DNA from: Dehalococcoidia bacterium
GTDB lineage: Bacteria; Chloroflexota; Dehalococcoidia; UBA2979
Direction: 5' to 3'
Assembly: GCA_964291495.2 (NCBI GenBank)
Contig: OZ219874.1
Coordinates: forward strand, 1-64,000
Length of the DNA stretch: 64,000 nt
Position numbers and translations under genes: made by a program. The notes below the pieces were generated by a model, which had not been told where the DNA came from, ran no database searches, and was given only the letters and a program-made list of their open reading frames with translations. Within the stretch, counting starts at the first letter, position 1, and the number at the start of each line of letters is the position of its first letter. Positions 40,002 through 51,431 of this stretch are shown in pieces.

Positions 40002-40530
40002 TGCGAAGCTGCTCGATCCGCCGCAGCACGGCCGTCACGAGTCCGGACTCGATCGCATCCGCTACAGCCCCTTCGCCGAAGCGCTCGGAGCGGATCACCA
40101 CAGTGAGGAGGCGCACGAGGTCGAGCGCGGTCGCCTGCTCGATCGCCCCTCGGTCGTCCCAAAGGCGCCGCGCCTCCGGCGTCTCCTCCCAGGCGGGCCA
40201 ATCGAAGTCGGGGCTCACCCATCCGTCGCGGTAGGCGACGTCGAAGAACCGGGAAGTGAGTTCCGAGTGCTCGAACCAGGGCAGCGCGAAGGCCCAGTCA
40301 CCGAGCGCCACGGTCGGATACGGAGAGACTGTACGCGAGTGCGACAACTGCCGGATGGCGGCCCATTGCTCGAACTCCCTCCCACCCACCTCGTAAGGTC
40401 GGGCAAGCAGTGCTCGTTCGAACGCGAGTGAGTCGAACGAGGGGCCGGGCTCGCAGAGTATCTCGAGATTCCCGACCGCGTCGTAGCTCATCCCACGCAT
40501 CGTGAGATTCGCTGAGCCAACCAATCGCGC
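39988..40530 (-). pseudogene. DUF6508-like protein carrying an N-terminal PLD-like fragment, 5'-truncated
   Basis: FDWPAW...RSERFGEG...SG..LRR pattern, with an N-terminal LVGSANLT lacking the upstream HxK. Confidence 0.6.
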
Positions 40531-40532
40531 TT

Positions 40533-42064
40533 CGGATTCGCGCGCTGAACTCCGTGGGCCCGAGCGGGGCGAGCGACGCGGTCAGCGCCATGCCCATAGC
40601 CACCATCACCCCTCCCCCATCCATGGAGCCGGACCGTCCCACGGGCCTAACGGCGACGGAGGGCGACGATAGCATCGATCTCGAATGGACGGACCCGAGC
40701 GACTCGAGCATCAACGGCTACGAGTACTGCACGAACATCACCTCCGCCGCCGCCTGCACTTCCGCCTCGTGGCAAACGATCAGCGGCGCCACGGCCGCGA
40801 CGACCATGCACACGATCTCCGGCCTGACGAACGGCACGACGTACTACGTCAAGATCCGCGCGCTCGACCCCGTGGGCCCGAGCGACGCGAGCGACGAGGT
40901 CAACGACACCCCTATGGCCACCACCACGCCGCCAACCCCGACGCCCACGACATACGCGCTGGCGGCGACGGCGGGCGCGGGTGGGAGCGTGAGCTGCGCC
41001 ACGGACTCGGGACCGGTGTCGTGTTCCGGGACGTTCGTGGCGGGGACGGCGGTGACGGTCACCGCGGACCTCGACGACGGCTACCAGGTCGACTCATGGG
41101 GCGGCGACTGCAGTGGCGACGGGACAACCTGCACCGTGGACATGGACGCCAACAAGACGGCGAGCGTCACGTTCGAGGCGATCCCGCCGACTCCGCTGCC
41201 CGTCGTGACGATGACGCTGTCGTCATTCCAGTCGGCCTCGGTCACCGAAGGCGCCACGATTACCTTCCGCGTCATCCGCAGCGGCAGCACGGCGGTGCCC
41301 CTCGCGGTGACGTGGAGCGTCACGGAGTCCGGGGCTTCATCTCAGGCACCCCGCAGACCATCGGGGCCGGCAACATGGGCGGAATGTTCACAGTCGACAC
41401 CGCCAGCGACGGCGTGGACGAGCCGGACGGGAGCGTCACGGCCAGCGTCACGGGTGATGGCAGCACCTACACGATCGGCAGTCCGTCCTCAGCCACGGTC
41501 ACCGTGAACGACGACGACGAAACCCTCACCACGTCTGCGGGCGCGAACGGCACGATCTACCCGAGTCCGGGCGATCACGTGTACACGCGCGGCACGCCCG
41601 TCACCGTCACGGCGACGCCCGACGACGGCTACCGGGTCGCCTCGTGGGGCGGGGACTGTGGTGGTAAGGGGCTTACCTGCCAGCTCACCATGGACGCGAA
41701 CAAGACGGCGAGCGTCAGCTTCGAGGCACTCCCCAGGTACAGCCTCAGCGCCTCGATCGAGGAGTTGAACGACTGCGGGGGTTGGGACTGTGGGGGGAGT
41801 GTGAGCCCGACATCCGGGACGTACACGCACGGCACCACGGTCACGGTCACGGCGACCCTTGACGACCTTACCTTCCTCGACCACTGGAAGAAGACCGTGG
41901 GCGGCGTTACGACCACGCACTCGGGCGATACGCTCTCATTCGACATCACCGGGGACACCACCGTGACCGGATACATCCGATCCGTGTGCGAAGTCATGAT
42001 CGAGATCTGCACCCTCCGCGACGAGGACTCCGACGGCGACGGCCAGCAGCCGGTGCCGCCGTAG
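40533..42064 (+). pseudogene. Adhesin C-terminal fragment (FN3, InlB-B-like repeats, Calx-beta-like)
   Basis: FN3 (PTGLTA..L.W..GLTNGTTY.V.IRA), repeated VTVTA..GY.V.SWGGDC, and SATVTVNDDD. Begins mid-domain; frameshift near 41335. Confidence 0.75.
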
Positions 42065-42689
42065 CCCTCGGGCACGCATCACGCGGAAGAGTGACGCCGG
42101 GCCGACCGGGCCCGTGCTCCCGCAGGGAGCACACCCTCCGATCGAGGGACATCGCCTCGCGCCGGACTCGCTCACTCGCGCCTGGCGCGCCGCGTGAGAG
42201 CGGCCGTTGGCTCGACGGCCGGCGATCCGGTGCATGGGCGGAGCAATTAGCCAAACTTAATACAGAACTTACGGGACCTGGGCGGTTGCACACCACATCT
42301 GACGTTTAGCTCACACGACTCCTGCTAACGTAGCGAGCACACGCCGTTTGGCAGCGGGGCCATATTCGACGCGGAGCAACGGGACCGAAGGCAGCGCTGC
42401 CAGCCGCCGCCACGGCTGGACCTCCGGCCATGTGTGCCACTCGAGTCGCCGGCAGCGGTCATGGGAATGTGCGGGTAGCGGGTTGAATCGGCAATTGCGA
42501 GGCGCTACATGACGCTGCTGTCTCCCCGCGGGCGGGCGGTCACCTCAACGGAGGAGGCGCCCCCGCGACTACCGGCAACTGATGTGCGAGCGGCCGCGGC
42601 TGGGTCCGGTGCTCGGAGGCTGCTCGCGAGAGCGGTGCAGAGCCCCTCGACCGCTCCACGGTTCAAGCCGAGCCGCAGGTAGGACGCAG

Positions 42690-43043
42690 GTGGTCGAGTC
42701 ACGCGCTCAGCCCGAAGAACTTGACCGGGAGCGGTTGCTCCGCATCACGGCCAGGCGCGCCCGGATCCTCCGCGAGCTGACGGATGGCTACAGCGGGAGG
42801 GCGGCCGCGCTGCGGCTCGGGATATCGCTCAGCGGCCTGCGCAGCCACGTCCAGGCGCTCAGGGGGATCACGGGGTGCGCGTCCGTCCGCGAACTCGCGC
42901 GCTGGTGGGGGGACCACCGCGAGGTCTGGCTTCTCGTCATGGGCCAGCAGGCCGGCTTGCCCGCCGTGACCGAGGAGAACACTGTCGTGGCGCCTGGGGA
43001 GACCGACCATGCAGCAGCAGATCCCGGCGACACAGGGCGTTGA
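42690..43043 (+). CDS. LuxR-type HTH protein
   Basis: ITARRARILREL.DG.S...AALRLGIS...LRSHV. Confidence 0.6.
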   Translation: MVESRAQPEELDRERLLRITARRARILRELTDGYSGRAAALRLGISLSGLRSHVQALRGITGCASVRELARWWGDHREVWLLVMGQQAGLPAVTEENTVVAPGETDHAAADPGDTGR

Positions 43044-43318
43044 ACGGGAACCGTGCGGCCCGCGGGTCCGAATCCCCGACCGTGACCATCCACGCCCTGC
43101 GGCGTCTCCGTACGCTCGCCCCGTCCCGCCAGCGGTGCACTGGCCTGAGCGTGCCGCGACCCCGAAAGGGAACCAACCGTGAGCCGTCAGCGTACTGCCC
43201 GGTGAGGGCTGCCGCACTCGAGGCAGTCCGGGTGCCGTGGCCGGCCCGAGCGCCCGAGGCCTGGGGGATTGACTTGGCATCGACGCCCGGCGTGGCGTGA
43301 CACAGGATCGAGGGCACC

Positions 43319-44398
43319 ATGAATGCACGACTAACGGCCTTACTGGCGGCGCTGCTGCTCGCCGTATCGGCCCTCGTTGCCTGCACGGGCGGCAGGGAGA
43401 AGGCAGGCGAGGCGGCGGCGACCGCAACCGCGACCCCGACTCCGACCGCCACTCCCACCTCGGCGCTCCGGGAAGAGTCCGCGGAGGTAGCCTCGGACCG
43501 CGCCGTTCTGGTCGCGCTCTACCACACCATGGGCGGTGAAGACTGGTATGAGAGCACGAACTGGTTGACCGATGCACCACTCGGCTCGTGGTACGGGGTC
43601 ACGACCAACGACAGCGGCCGCGTAACGGAGTTGGTGCTTGGGGTTGGTCTGAGCGGGTCGATCCCGTCCGAGTTGGGCGACTTGACCCACCTTGAGCGGC
43701 TGTTCTTGGGGCATAATCGTCCACCCACGTCGTTCTCGGTGAGCGACTTGAGTGGGCCGATCCCGCCCGAGCTTGGCATGCTCACGCGCCTGAAGCAGCT
43801 GGTCCTGACGGATCACAGGCTGAGCGGACCGATCCCAGAGGAGTTGGGGAACCTGGTCCACCTGGAGAAGCTGGAACTCTCCGGCTGTCAATTGAGCGGG
43901 CCGATCCCGCCCGAGCTGGGCATGCTCGCGAGCCTGAGGGAGCTGGAGCTCGGAGCGAACGGGCTGAGCGGGCACATCCCGCCCGAACTGGGTGGCCTCG
44001 CGAGCCTGAGAAAACTGAGCCTGACGCCGAACGAACTGAGTGGGCCAATCCCGTCTCAGATAAGCGGTCTCACCGACCTTCAGACGCTGTACCTCTCGCA
44101 CAACAAGCTGAGTGGGCCAATTCCACCTGAACTGGGTCAACTCACGAACCTGTCGTGGCTCGACCTCTCGTACAACGAGTTGAGTGGGCCAATTCCACCT
44201 GAACTGGGTCAACTCACGAACCTGTCGTGGCTCGCCCTCTCGTACAACGAGTTGAGCGGGTCAATCCCGCCCGAGTTGGGAGGGCTCAGCAAGCTCGGCT
44301 TTCTGCGCCTCTCGGGCAACAAGCTGAGCGGCTGTGTCCCGAGGGGATTGCAGGACGCGGTGGACTTCAAGGAGCTCGCCCTACCCCGCTGCGACTGA
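43319..44398 (+). CDS. Leucine-rich repeat lipoprotein (plant-type LRR)
   Basis: Lipobox LVAC, a T/P/A stalk, N-cap DRAVLVALY..TNWLT, 24-aa LSGPIPPELG.L repeats and C-cap GCVP. Confidence 0.92.
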   Translation: MNARLTALLAALLLAVSALVACTGGREKAGEAAATATATPTPTATPTSALREESAEVASDRAVLVALYHTMGGEDWYESTNWLTDAPLGSWYGVTTNDSGRVTELVLGVGLSGSIPSELGDLTHLERLFLGHNRPPTSFSVSDLSGPIPPELGMLTRLKQLVLTDHRLSGPIPEELGNLVHLEKLELSGCQLSGPIPPELGMLASLRELELGANGLSGHIPPELGGLASLRKLSLTPNELSGPIPSQISGLTDLQTLYLSHNKLSGPIPPELGQLTNLSWLDLSYNELSGPIPPELGQLTNLSWLALSYNELSGSIPPELGGLSKLGFLRLSGNKLSGCVPRGLQDAVDFKELALPRCD

Positions 44399-44748
44399 GC
44401 GGCGATCGCCCTCGGGGCGAAGCACTGAAGGCCGGGCGGCGGCTCATGCCCCTCGGCTTTGCGACAGCCCGCAGGTCAGTGCACGGGCCATGCGCAGTTG
44501 CAGCATCCGCGTGCGCCCGCGCGAGGGCCTCAGGCGACCGCCCTCGCCGCACAGCTCGTCTCGGCTGTCGAAGCGGTCCCGCCGGTACGAGGCCAGTGGG
44601 AGTGTCAACTCATGCTCCCTCGCGGGCGCGATCTGGACTTCACGGACGCATGTCGCCACTCCGGCCGACGCTCAGCCTTGAAGCGAGCTCCGCCTGGCGG
44701 CTGCTATCTCCTCCGTGTCCATGCGGCCGAAGTCGGTCATCCCGCGGG

Positions 44749-46975
44749 TGAAGTCAGCGCTCGGATAGTGATCCAAACAGCGCTCGGATGGTGATCCACT
44801 CGGGGCGTTGTCCCAGCATCTCCGGCGGCGGGGGCCGCGGAGGCTGGGGGAGGGGATGCTGCGAGTGCAAGACGTGCACGTGCTGCGGCACAAGGTGCTG
44901 GTCGAAGGCCTGAGCCGCCGGCAGGTCGCCCGGGAGCTGGGGATCAGCCGCAACACCGTGCGGCGCTACCTGACGCTGGCCGAGCCACTGCGGGTCGAGC
45001 GCGAGCCGCGCCGCAAGCCGGTCCTCGAACGGGTGCAGCCGCGCCTCGACGAGTTGCTGGAGGAGTGGTCGGGCCGCACGACGCCCAAGCAGCGACTGAC
45101 GGCGACGAGGCTGCACCGCCAGCTGCGCGAGGAGGGCTACCAGGTCGGGGAGACGCTGGTGCGCGACTACCTGCGCGAGTGGCGGCGCCGCCGCGCCGAG
45201 GTCTACGTGCCGCTGGTGCACCGCCCGGGCGAGGAGGCGCAGGTCGACTTCTTCGAGGTCAGCGTCGAGGTCGGCGGCGAGCGCCGCAAGGCCTGGAAGT
45301 TCCTGATGCGGCTGATGTACTCGGGCCGCGACTTCGTCCGGCTCTACGAGCGCCAGGACCAGCTCGCCTTCCTCGACGGCCACGTGCGGGCCTTCGCCCA
45401 CTTCGGCGGGGTGCCCGCGCGCATCGTCTACGACAACCTCGCAGCGGCGGTGCAGCGCGTGCAGTTCCCCAGGCGCCGGCTCACCGAGCGCTTCACGGCG
45501 CTGGCGAGCCACTACCTCTACAAGCCCAGCTTCGCGCGGCCCGGCGAGGGCCACGACAAGGGCGGAGTCGAGGGGCGCGGGAACGCGGTCCGGCTGCAGC
45601 ACCTCACGCCGGTGCCGCGCGGCGACTCGCTGGCCGCGCTCTCGGCGTGGCTGCAGGGCGAGGTCGACCGCCTGGCGCCTGAGCGGGTGTGGGAGCGTAT
45701 CGCCGAGGAGCGCCCGCTGCTGCGCCCCGAGCCCGCTGTCGCGTTCGAGGCGCGGCGCGTGCAGCCGGTCTCGGTGAGCCGCAGCGCGCTGGTGCGCGTC
45801 GAGGGCGCCTGGTACTCGGCGCCGAGCCGCTGGGCGGGCCTGCGCGCGACGGCGCTGCTCGGCGTGGAGGAGCTGACGCTGCGCTGCCGCGGCGAGGACG
45901 TCGTGCACCCGAGGCAGCGCTTCGGCGAGCGCCGTGTCGACTACCGGCACTACCTCGCCGAGCTGGCGCGCAAGCCGCAGGCGCTGCGGCAGGTCGCGCC
46001 GGAGCTGCTCGCGGAGTTGGGTGAGCCCTTCGGGCGGCTCTGGGCGCTGCTGGAGGGCGAGCGCGGCGGCCACGAGGCCACTCGGGCGCTGGCGCGGCTG
46101 CTGCGCACCGTGGACGAGCACGGCGAGGCGGCGCGCGCGGCCGTGCTCGAGGCGCACTGCCGGGAGCTCAGGCTGCCCACGCTGCGCCGCCACTACGCCG
46201 AGCTCGTGCGCGAGGCGACGCAGGACGGCTGGGACTACGAGGAGTTCCTGCTGCAGCTGCTCGAGGCTGAGGTGCTGGCCCGCCGCGACGGCGCCGTGGC
46301 GCGCCTGCTGCGCCAGGCCCGCTTCCCCGACATGAAGACCTTCGGGCAGCTCGACTGGGAGGCGCTTCGGGGCGTCGAGCGCCCCCAGCTCGCCCAGCTC
46401 GCGACCTGCGAGTACATCGAGCGCTCAGAGGACGTCGTGATCGCCGGGCCGATCGGCACCGGCAAGACGCACCTCGCGATCGCGCTCGGCGTCGAGGCCG
46501 CCCGCCGCCGCCACCGTGTCGCCTTCGTGCGCGCCGCCGACCTCGTGCGCGAGCTGGTCGAGGCGCGCGACGAGCTCACGCTCTCCAGGTTGCATCAGCG
46601 CTACCTGCGCGTCGCGCTGCTGATCGTCGACGAGCTCGGCTTCGTGCCCTTCGAGCGCACCGGCGGCGAACTGCTCTTCAACCTGCTCGCCGACCGCTAC
46701 GAGCGGTGCTCGACGATCGTCACCACCAACCTCGCCTTCAGCGAGTGGGTGCAGGTCTTCGGCGACGAGAAACTGACCACGGCGCTGCTCGACCGGCTCG
46801 GGCACCACGCCCAGATCCTGACCACGCGCGGTGCGTCCTACCGCACGCGGCACAGAACACAGACCTGACCTGATCCATGAAGAACTCAGCACCAAGAACG
46901 TCAGCAGGGATCGTGGCGCCGGAGTGGATCGACATCCGGGCGCTGACCTGGACCACTATCCGATCGCTGTTGACA
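44749..46975 (+). mobile_element. IS21-family insertion sequence with 5-bp target duplication GCGGG
   Basis: TG...CA ends, imperfect IRs with internal repeats (CAGCG.TCGGATAGTG.TCCA), and GCGGG at both 44744-44748 and 46976-46980. Confidence 0.92.
44857..46868 (+). CDS. Fused IstA transposase-IstB ATPase
   Basis: HTH and DDE (QVDF, YDN, KGGVE) run in frame into Walker [17 protein letters not shown] and DRL. Confidence 0.88.
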
Positions 46976-47109
46976 GCGGGCGGCCGCGCCGGTTGGACAC
47001 TTCCTGCGGAAGGTGGTGGGCGGAGCGCGCAGGAGGCCATCCGCAGTCGACACGCCGGGGTGTCTGCATCAGCCTCACCTGGCAGCGGACAACCGCTTCA
47101 GCGAGAAGG

Positions 47110-48020
47110 TTACGGCGGGGCCGGCTGCTTGTTGCTACCGCCCTCCCCGTCCTCATCCTTCAGGGGACAAACCTCCGGCATGACCTCGCAGATATCGCCG
47201 AAGACCGCGGTCACCGTCATGTCCGTGTTCAGCACGATCCGCGGGCCACTCGGCTCCCAGCTCTCCAAGAAATAGAGCTCGTTCGGCGTGGCGGTCAGCG
47301 TGACCGGTGTTCCGCACACATACGTACCGCCCGGACTGACCGTCCCGGCTCCAAGTGGCCTGACGCGCGTCGTGAGCGTGCAGAGTGGTGTCGGTTCCTG
47401 GACCGTGAATGAGTTGGAGTAGTCGCTCCAGTCATCGTCGCAGGTAAAGAACTGACCGAGGGTGTCCGGCGCGCCGAAGTCGTGTTTGCTGTATTGGCAG
47501 ACGCGGCCGCGCAGTTTGTAAGTGCCCGGGCGCAACGGCCCAATCTGGACGGTGCCCTCCGCGTCCGTCAGCGATTGGTCGGGAGGCGTGTCGACCACGG
47601 GCGGGCGAGGGTTAACAGCGCTGCCAGAGCGCTGTAGTTCCCACTCGATAAAGAGATGGTCTTGCCAGTCAAAGAAGGTGGGGTCGGTGGTGCCCTCCCA
47701 CGTGTACCTCGCGGTCGCCCGCATATCGGAGATGGTGAACCCCACGATGTTCGGGACATCCAGCTTGTCGCGATCAGGCGGCTTGGGCAGCGACATCGGC
47801 GGATCGAAACCGATCACGAGCTCCACGGGGAGCGGAAAGCCGATCGGTCCCGTCACGAGATTTTCGTGCGGCGGCGCCATCATGTGGACGCCTTGCGCCT
47901 GACCATCGAGAAGGGCATCTGTCGTCACGGAGATCCCGTAGAGCAGCTGGTCTCGATCAGCCAGTGTTGTCGGGGAGAGATAGTCCCAAGTCTCCCTTTC
48001 TACAGATGCATTGAAGCGAC
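47110..48020 (-). pseudogene. Adhesin C-terminal fragment lacking a 5' end
   Basis: GFPLPVEL...YKLRGRVCQYS...GAGTVS.GGTY.CG..VTLTATP. Ends CEVMPEVC..DED..QPAPP. Confidence 0.65.
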
Positions 48021-49366
48021 GGAGCAGCAAGTTCCATACTGAAGAGAACGAGGCGGGAGACTTCGTCCAGAGGAAGGTCGGTTTTCCGCTCGTCGTGGAA
48101 CTCATAACCGGCTTCCATCCGCCGGACTCGCTGCCCGATCCGCCTAATGCCAACGAGCAAGTTGCCCCAAGCATCACAGACTTCACGGCATCGCGCGTCC
48201 AGGGTACGGTTGGAACCTACGCTGCGACCGGAACCTACACTTGGTACCACAGCAACCCTATCCGGTTCATTGACTGGCAACTACATCGTTCCAGTAGCGA
48301 GACCGGGACGTCGTACAACCCTGTGGTGCCTCGTCCACCGATGGTGGACACACCACCCCAGCCCGGGATGGTGGCACTAACAGGGACCGTCACCTTTACC
48401 CCGGTGTCGCCCGGCTGGTATAAGCTGCGAGGTAGAGCGTGCCAGTACAGCAGGCACGAGCCCGGGACGCCGGACATCCTTGGTCAGTTCATGGTCTGCG
48501 GGGATTGGAGCAACTTCTCCGCTCCAGACGATGTTCCAATACCGCCGCCGCCGCCGGAACTCTGCACCGTGCGCACGAGCGTGTCTCCGCCGGGTGCCGG
48601 GACGGTCAGTGGAGGCGGGACCTATCTCTGCGGGCAGAGCGTAACGCTTACAGCCACTCCAACGTACCCACAGGTCACCTATCACTCGGGCTGGACAGGC
48701 GTGTGCGCGAGTGCGGGTCCTACCTCCTGTACCTTCGGCGCCGCCAGCGTTTCCGTCACGGCCATCTTCCGCCAGGATTGCGAGCCCATTACTCCCTGTC
48801 GCCGCGCCAACGCCGACGACCAGCGAGCGGGGTTCACCTTCAAGGTCCACCTGGGCGAGAACCTGGCTAGCGGGACAGGCGCGCGTTCGGAGACGCCGCT
48901 GAGTGTCGAGGTCACGATCGGGGACTCGGCCCCGCTCGCCGTGAGCCCAGTCCAAGGCGAAGCGGGGACGTGGTCCGTTGAGGTTCCGGCCAACGCCTCG
49001 TTCCTTACCGAGGGGTCGCACGACGTCGTGGTCGACTGGTACAGGGGCGAAAAGCTCGTCGCCTCTGAGGCCACCACGATCCTCGTGGATCTGACCGCCC
49101 CATCGGTCAGCTACAGCGAGCCGGCGTCACTAACTGCGGGGACGCCTGTCAGCATCTCGCCGTCGACGACGGACACGGACATCGCGTCCTACGCGCTCAA
49201 GGCGGGATCGAGCCTGCCCGAGGGTCTCACGCTCGACCGTGCGAGCGGCGCGGTCAGCGGCACGCCGAGTGCGGCAGAGGCCGCGGGGGACGTGACCATC
49301 GTGGTCACGGACGAGGCCGGCAACACTTTGGAGGTCACGCTCGCGCTGCCGGCGGTGGAGGAATAA
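48020..49366 (+). pseudogene. Paralogous adhesin C-terminal fragment with Ig-like (He_PIG-type) domains, lacking a 5' end
   Basis: Same motifs as 47110-48020, plus LPEGLTLD..SGAVSGTP. No RBS or signal peptide. Confidence 0.65.
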
Positions 49367-49611
49367 CACCGCCGGCAGCGTGACGCAATCACTTGAATCA
49401 GGGGCCCGTGCCATTGACTGTTTTGAGTTGATCGAGGTGGCGCGAACGCCGCCTGCCAACGTGCTCCGCCGGCGTATCGTCTGGTGACTGGGCATGGCAG
49501 TGTCACACTTGAGGTAGCCCGGGCGCCGTCGCTGACCCGGCCGCGCGGGGCTTGGCGGACTGGCCTTGGCATCGACGCTCGGCGTAGTGTGGCACAGGAT
49601 CGAGGGGCGCC

Positions 49612-50829
49612 ATGGATACACGACGAACGGCCTTGCTGGCGGCGCTGCTGCTCGCCGCAGCGGCCCTCGCGGCCTGCAGGGGCGGAGGAGACGAGGCCGG
49701 CCAAGGCGAGGTGTTGGCGACAGCAACGCCGACTTCGACGACGGCTACCGCCCCTCAGGCTCGGACCCCAACCGGGGCGCCTGCCCCAATCTCGGCCGCC
49801 GCGGCGTCGCCGATCCCGACGCCGCGGCCGCCGGAGCCGCCAGACGTAGCCGCGGACCGCGCCGTCCTCGTCGTGCTCTACCACGCCATGGGCGGTGCTG
49901 ACTGGTTTCGGAACACGAACTGGTTGACCAGCCTGCCGCTCGGCGAGTGGTCCGGCGTCTCGACTGACCGCGACGGTCGCGTAAGAAGTCTGTCCCTCAC
50001 CAGTCTCAGCGGCCGTATCCCGCCGGAGTTGGGCGACCTCAGCAGGCTGGAGTGGCTCACCCTCAACGGAACCCCCAGTTGGGGTTATGCCAGCCAGTTG
50101 AGCGGCCCCATCCCACCGGAGCTGGGCAACCTCCAGAACCTTACGTGGCTGGATCTCTCCTGGAATCAGTTGAGCGGGCCGATCCCCGCTGAACTGGGCA
50201 ACCTGACCGCGCTGACGTGGCTGAGCCTCTCGGCCAACAAGTTGAGCGGACCCATCCCGCCCGAACTGGGCAACCTCACCCGGCTGGACTCTCTGGCTCT
50301 CTGGGGCAACGCGTTCACAGGATCCATCCCTGCCGAACTGGGCGGCCTCCAGAACCTGACACACATGTTCATTGCAGACACTCAGTTGAGCGGCCCGCTC
50401 CCGTCCGAGTTGGGAGGCCTCACGAGCCTGGTGATCCTTGTGCTCGCTGGGAACAGGTTGAGCGGACCCATCCCGCCCGAACTGGGCGGCCTCCAGAACC
50501 TCCAGGATCTAAACCTCTCGGACAACGACCTGAGCGGGCCCATCCCTGCTGAGCTCGGCAATCTCATGAACCTTCGGCTCCTGGACCTCTCGGGCAACGA
50601 CTTGAGCGGGCCCATCCCGCCCGAACTGGGTGGCCTCCAGAACCTCTGGTACCTACGCCTCTCGGACAACGACTTGAGCGGGCGCTTCCCCTCTGAACTG
50701 GGCAGCCTCACGAAGCTCGAGGATGTGCGTATCGCGGGTAACAGGTTGGCCCGTTGTATCCCTGAGGGATGGCGGGGCACTCGTGTTGGCGCCCTGGTCG
50801 TGGAGCGTGGCTGGCACTACTGCTACTGA
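49612..50829 (+). CDS. Leucine-rich repeat lipoprotein
   Basis: Lipobox LAAC, stalk, N-cap and 24-aa LRRs. The upstream ~55 bp is similar to that of the 43319 gene. Confidence 0.92.
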   Translation: MDTRRTALLAALLLAAAALAACRGGGDEAGQGEVLATATPTSTTATAPQARTPTGAPAPISAAAASPIPTPRPPEPPDVAADRAVLVVLYHAMGGADWFRNTNWLTSLPLGEWSGVSTDRDGRVRSLSLTSLSGRIPPELGDLSRLEWLTLNGTPSWGYASQLSGPIPPELGNLQNLTWLDLSWNQLSGPIPAELGNLTALTWLSLSANKLSGPIPPELGNLTRLDSLALWGNAFTGSIPAELGGLQNLTHMFIADTQLSGPLPSELGGLTSLVILVLAGNRLSGPIPPELGGLQNLQDLNLSDNDLSGPIPAELGNLMNLRLLDLSGNDLSGPIPPELGGLQNLWYLRLSDNDLSGRFPSELGSLTKLEDVRIAGNRLARCIPEGWRGTRVGALVVERGWHYCY

Positions 50830-51431
50830 GCCGCGCCCGCACGCGCAGGCCGGGTACTCGGGCCGGGCGCCGGCTGCCGCGGCCAGTTCCACCACCGAGC
50901 GTGGGTGTCCCTAGCTGAGCCGGCCGCGATCCAGGGCGCATCGACCGCCACGACGGAGCTACGCTGACTGCACGATCTTAGGCTCACACCTGCACCAGCA
51001 GGGTTCCTTCCACCAAGCAGCAGTGATTGCGCTGGCGGCGGCGAGTACGAGCTCGCACCTCGCCGCCACGGGTTCGGGGCCGCGACTGGGAGCGGGCACT
51101 GGAACGACGAAAGTCGAGGCGAGGGTGGCGCGCCCCGGCCACAAACTTCAGCACGGACCACATGCTCTCGGACCCCTCGTGCACTCTCTCTAGGGTGACG
51201 GCCGCTGCCACCGCAACTGTCACCGTCGCCGCCAGCTACCGCCGGGAGACCGACGGACGACTACCGCACGCTGTCCGCGCCCCGAGGATGACGATCGCAG
51301 AGGCCGGCGACGGCCTTTCGGCGGATGGCCGGACTCAGTGGTTGCGGTCAGGTCGGATTCTCTGAGTGCCGGGCCATTATGCCTGACGCTCCGGTGATGC
51401 TGCACAACAACGAGTTGACCGGACCGATCCT

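Noticed and set aside
44603-44609. TGTCAAC as the IS21 left end
   Set aside because: The end at 44749 aligns with the right IR over ~50 bp and is flanked by the GCGGG duplication.
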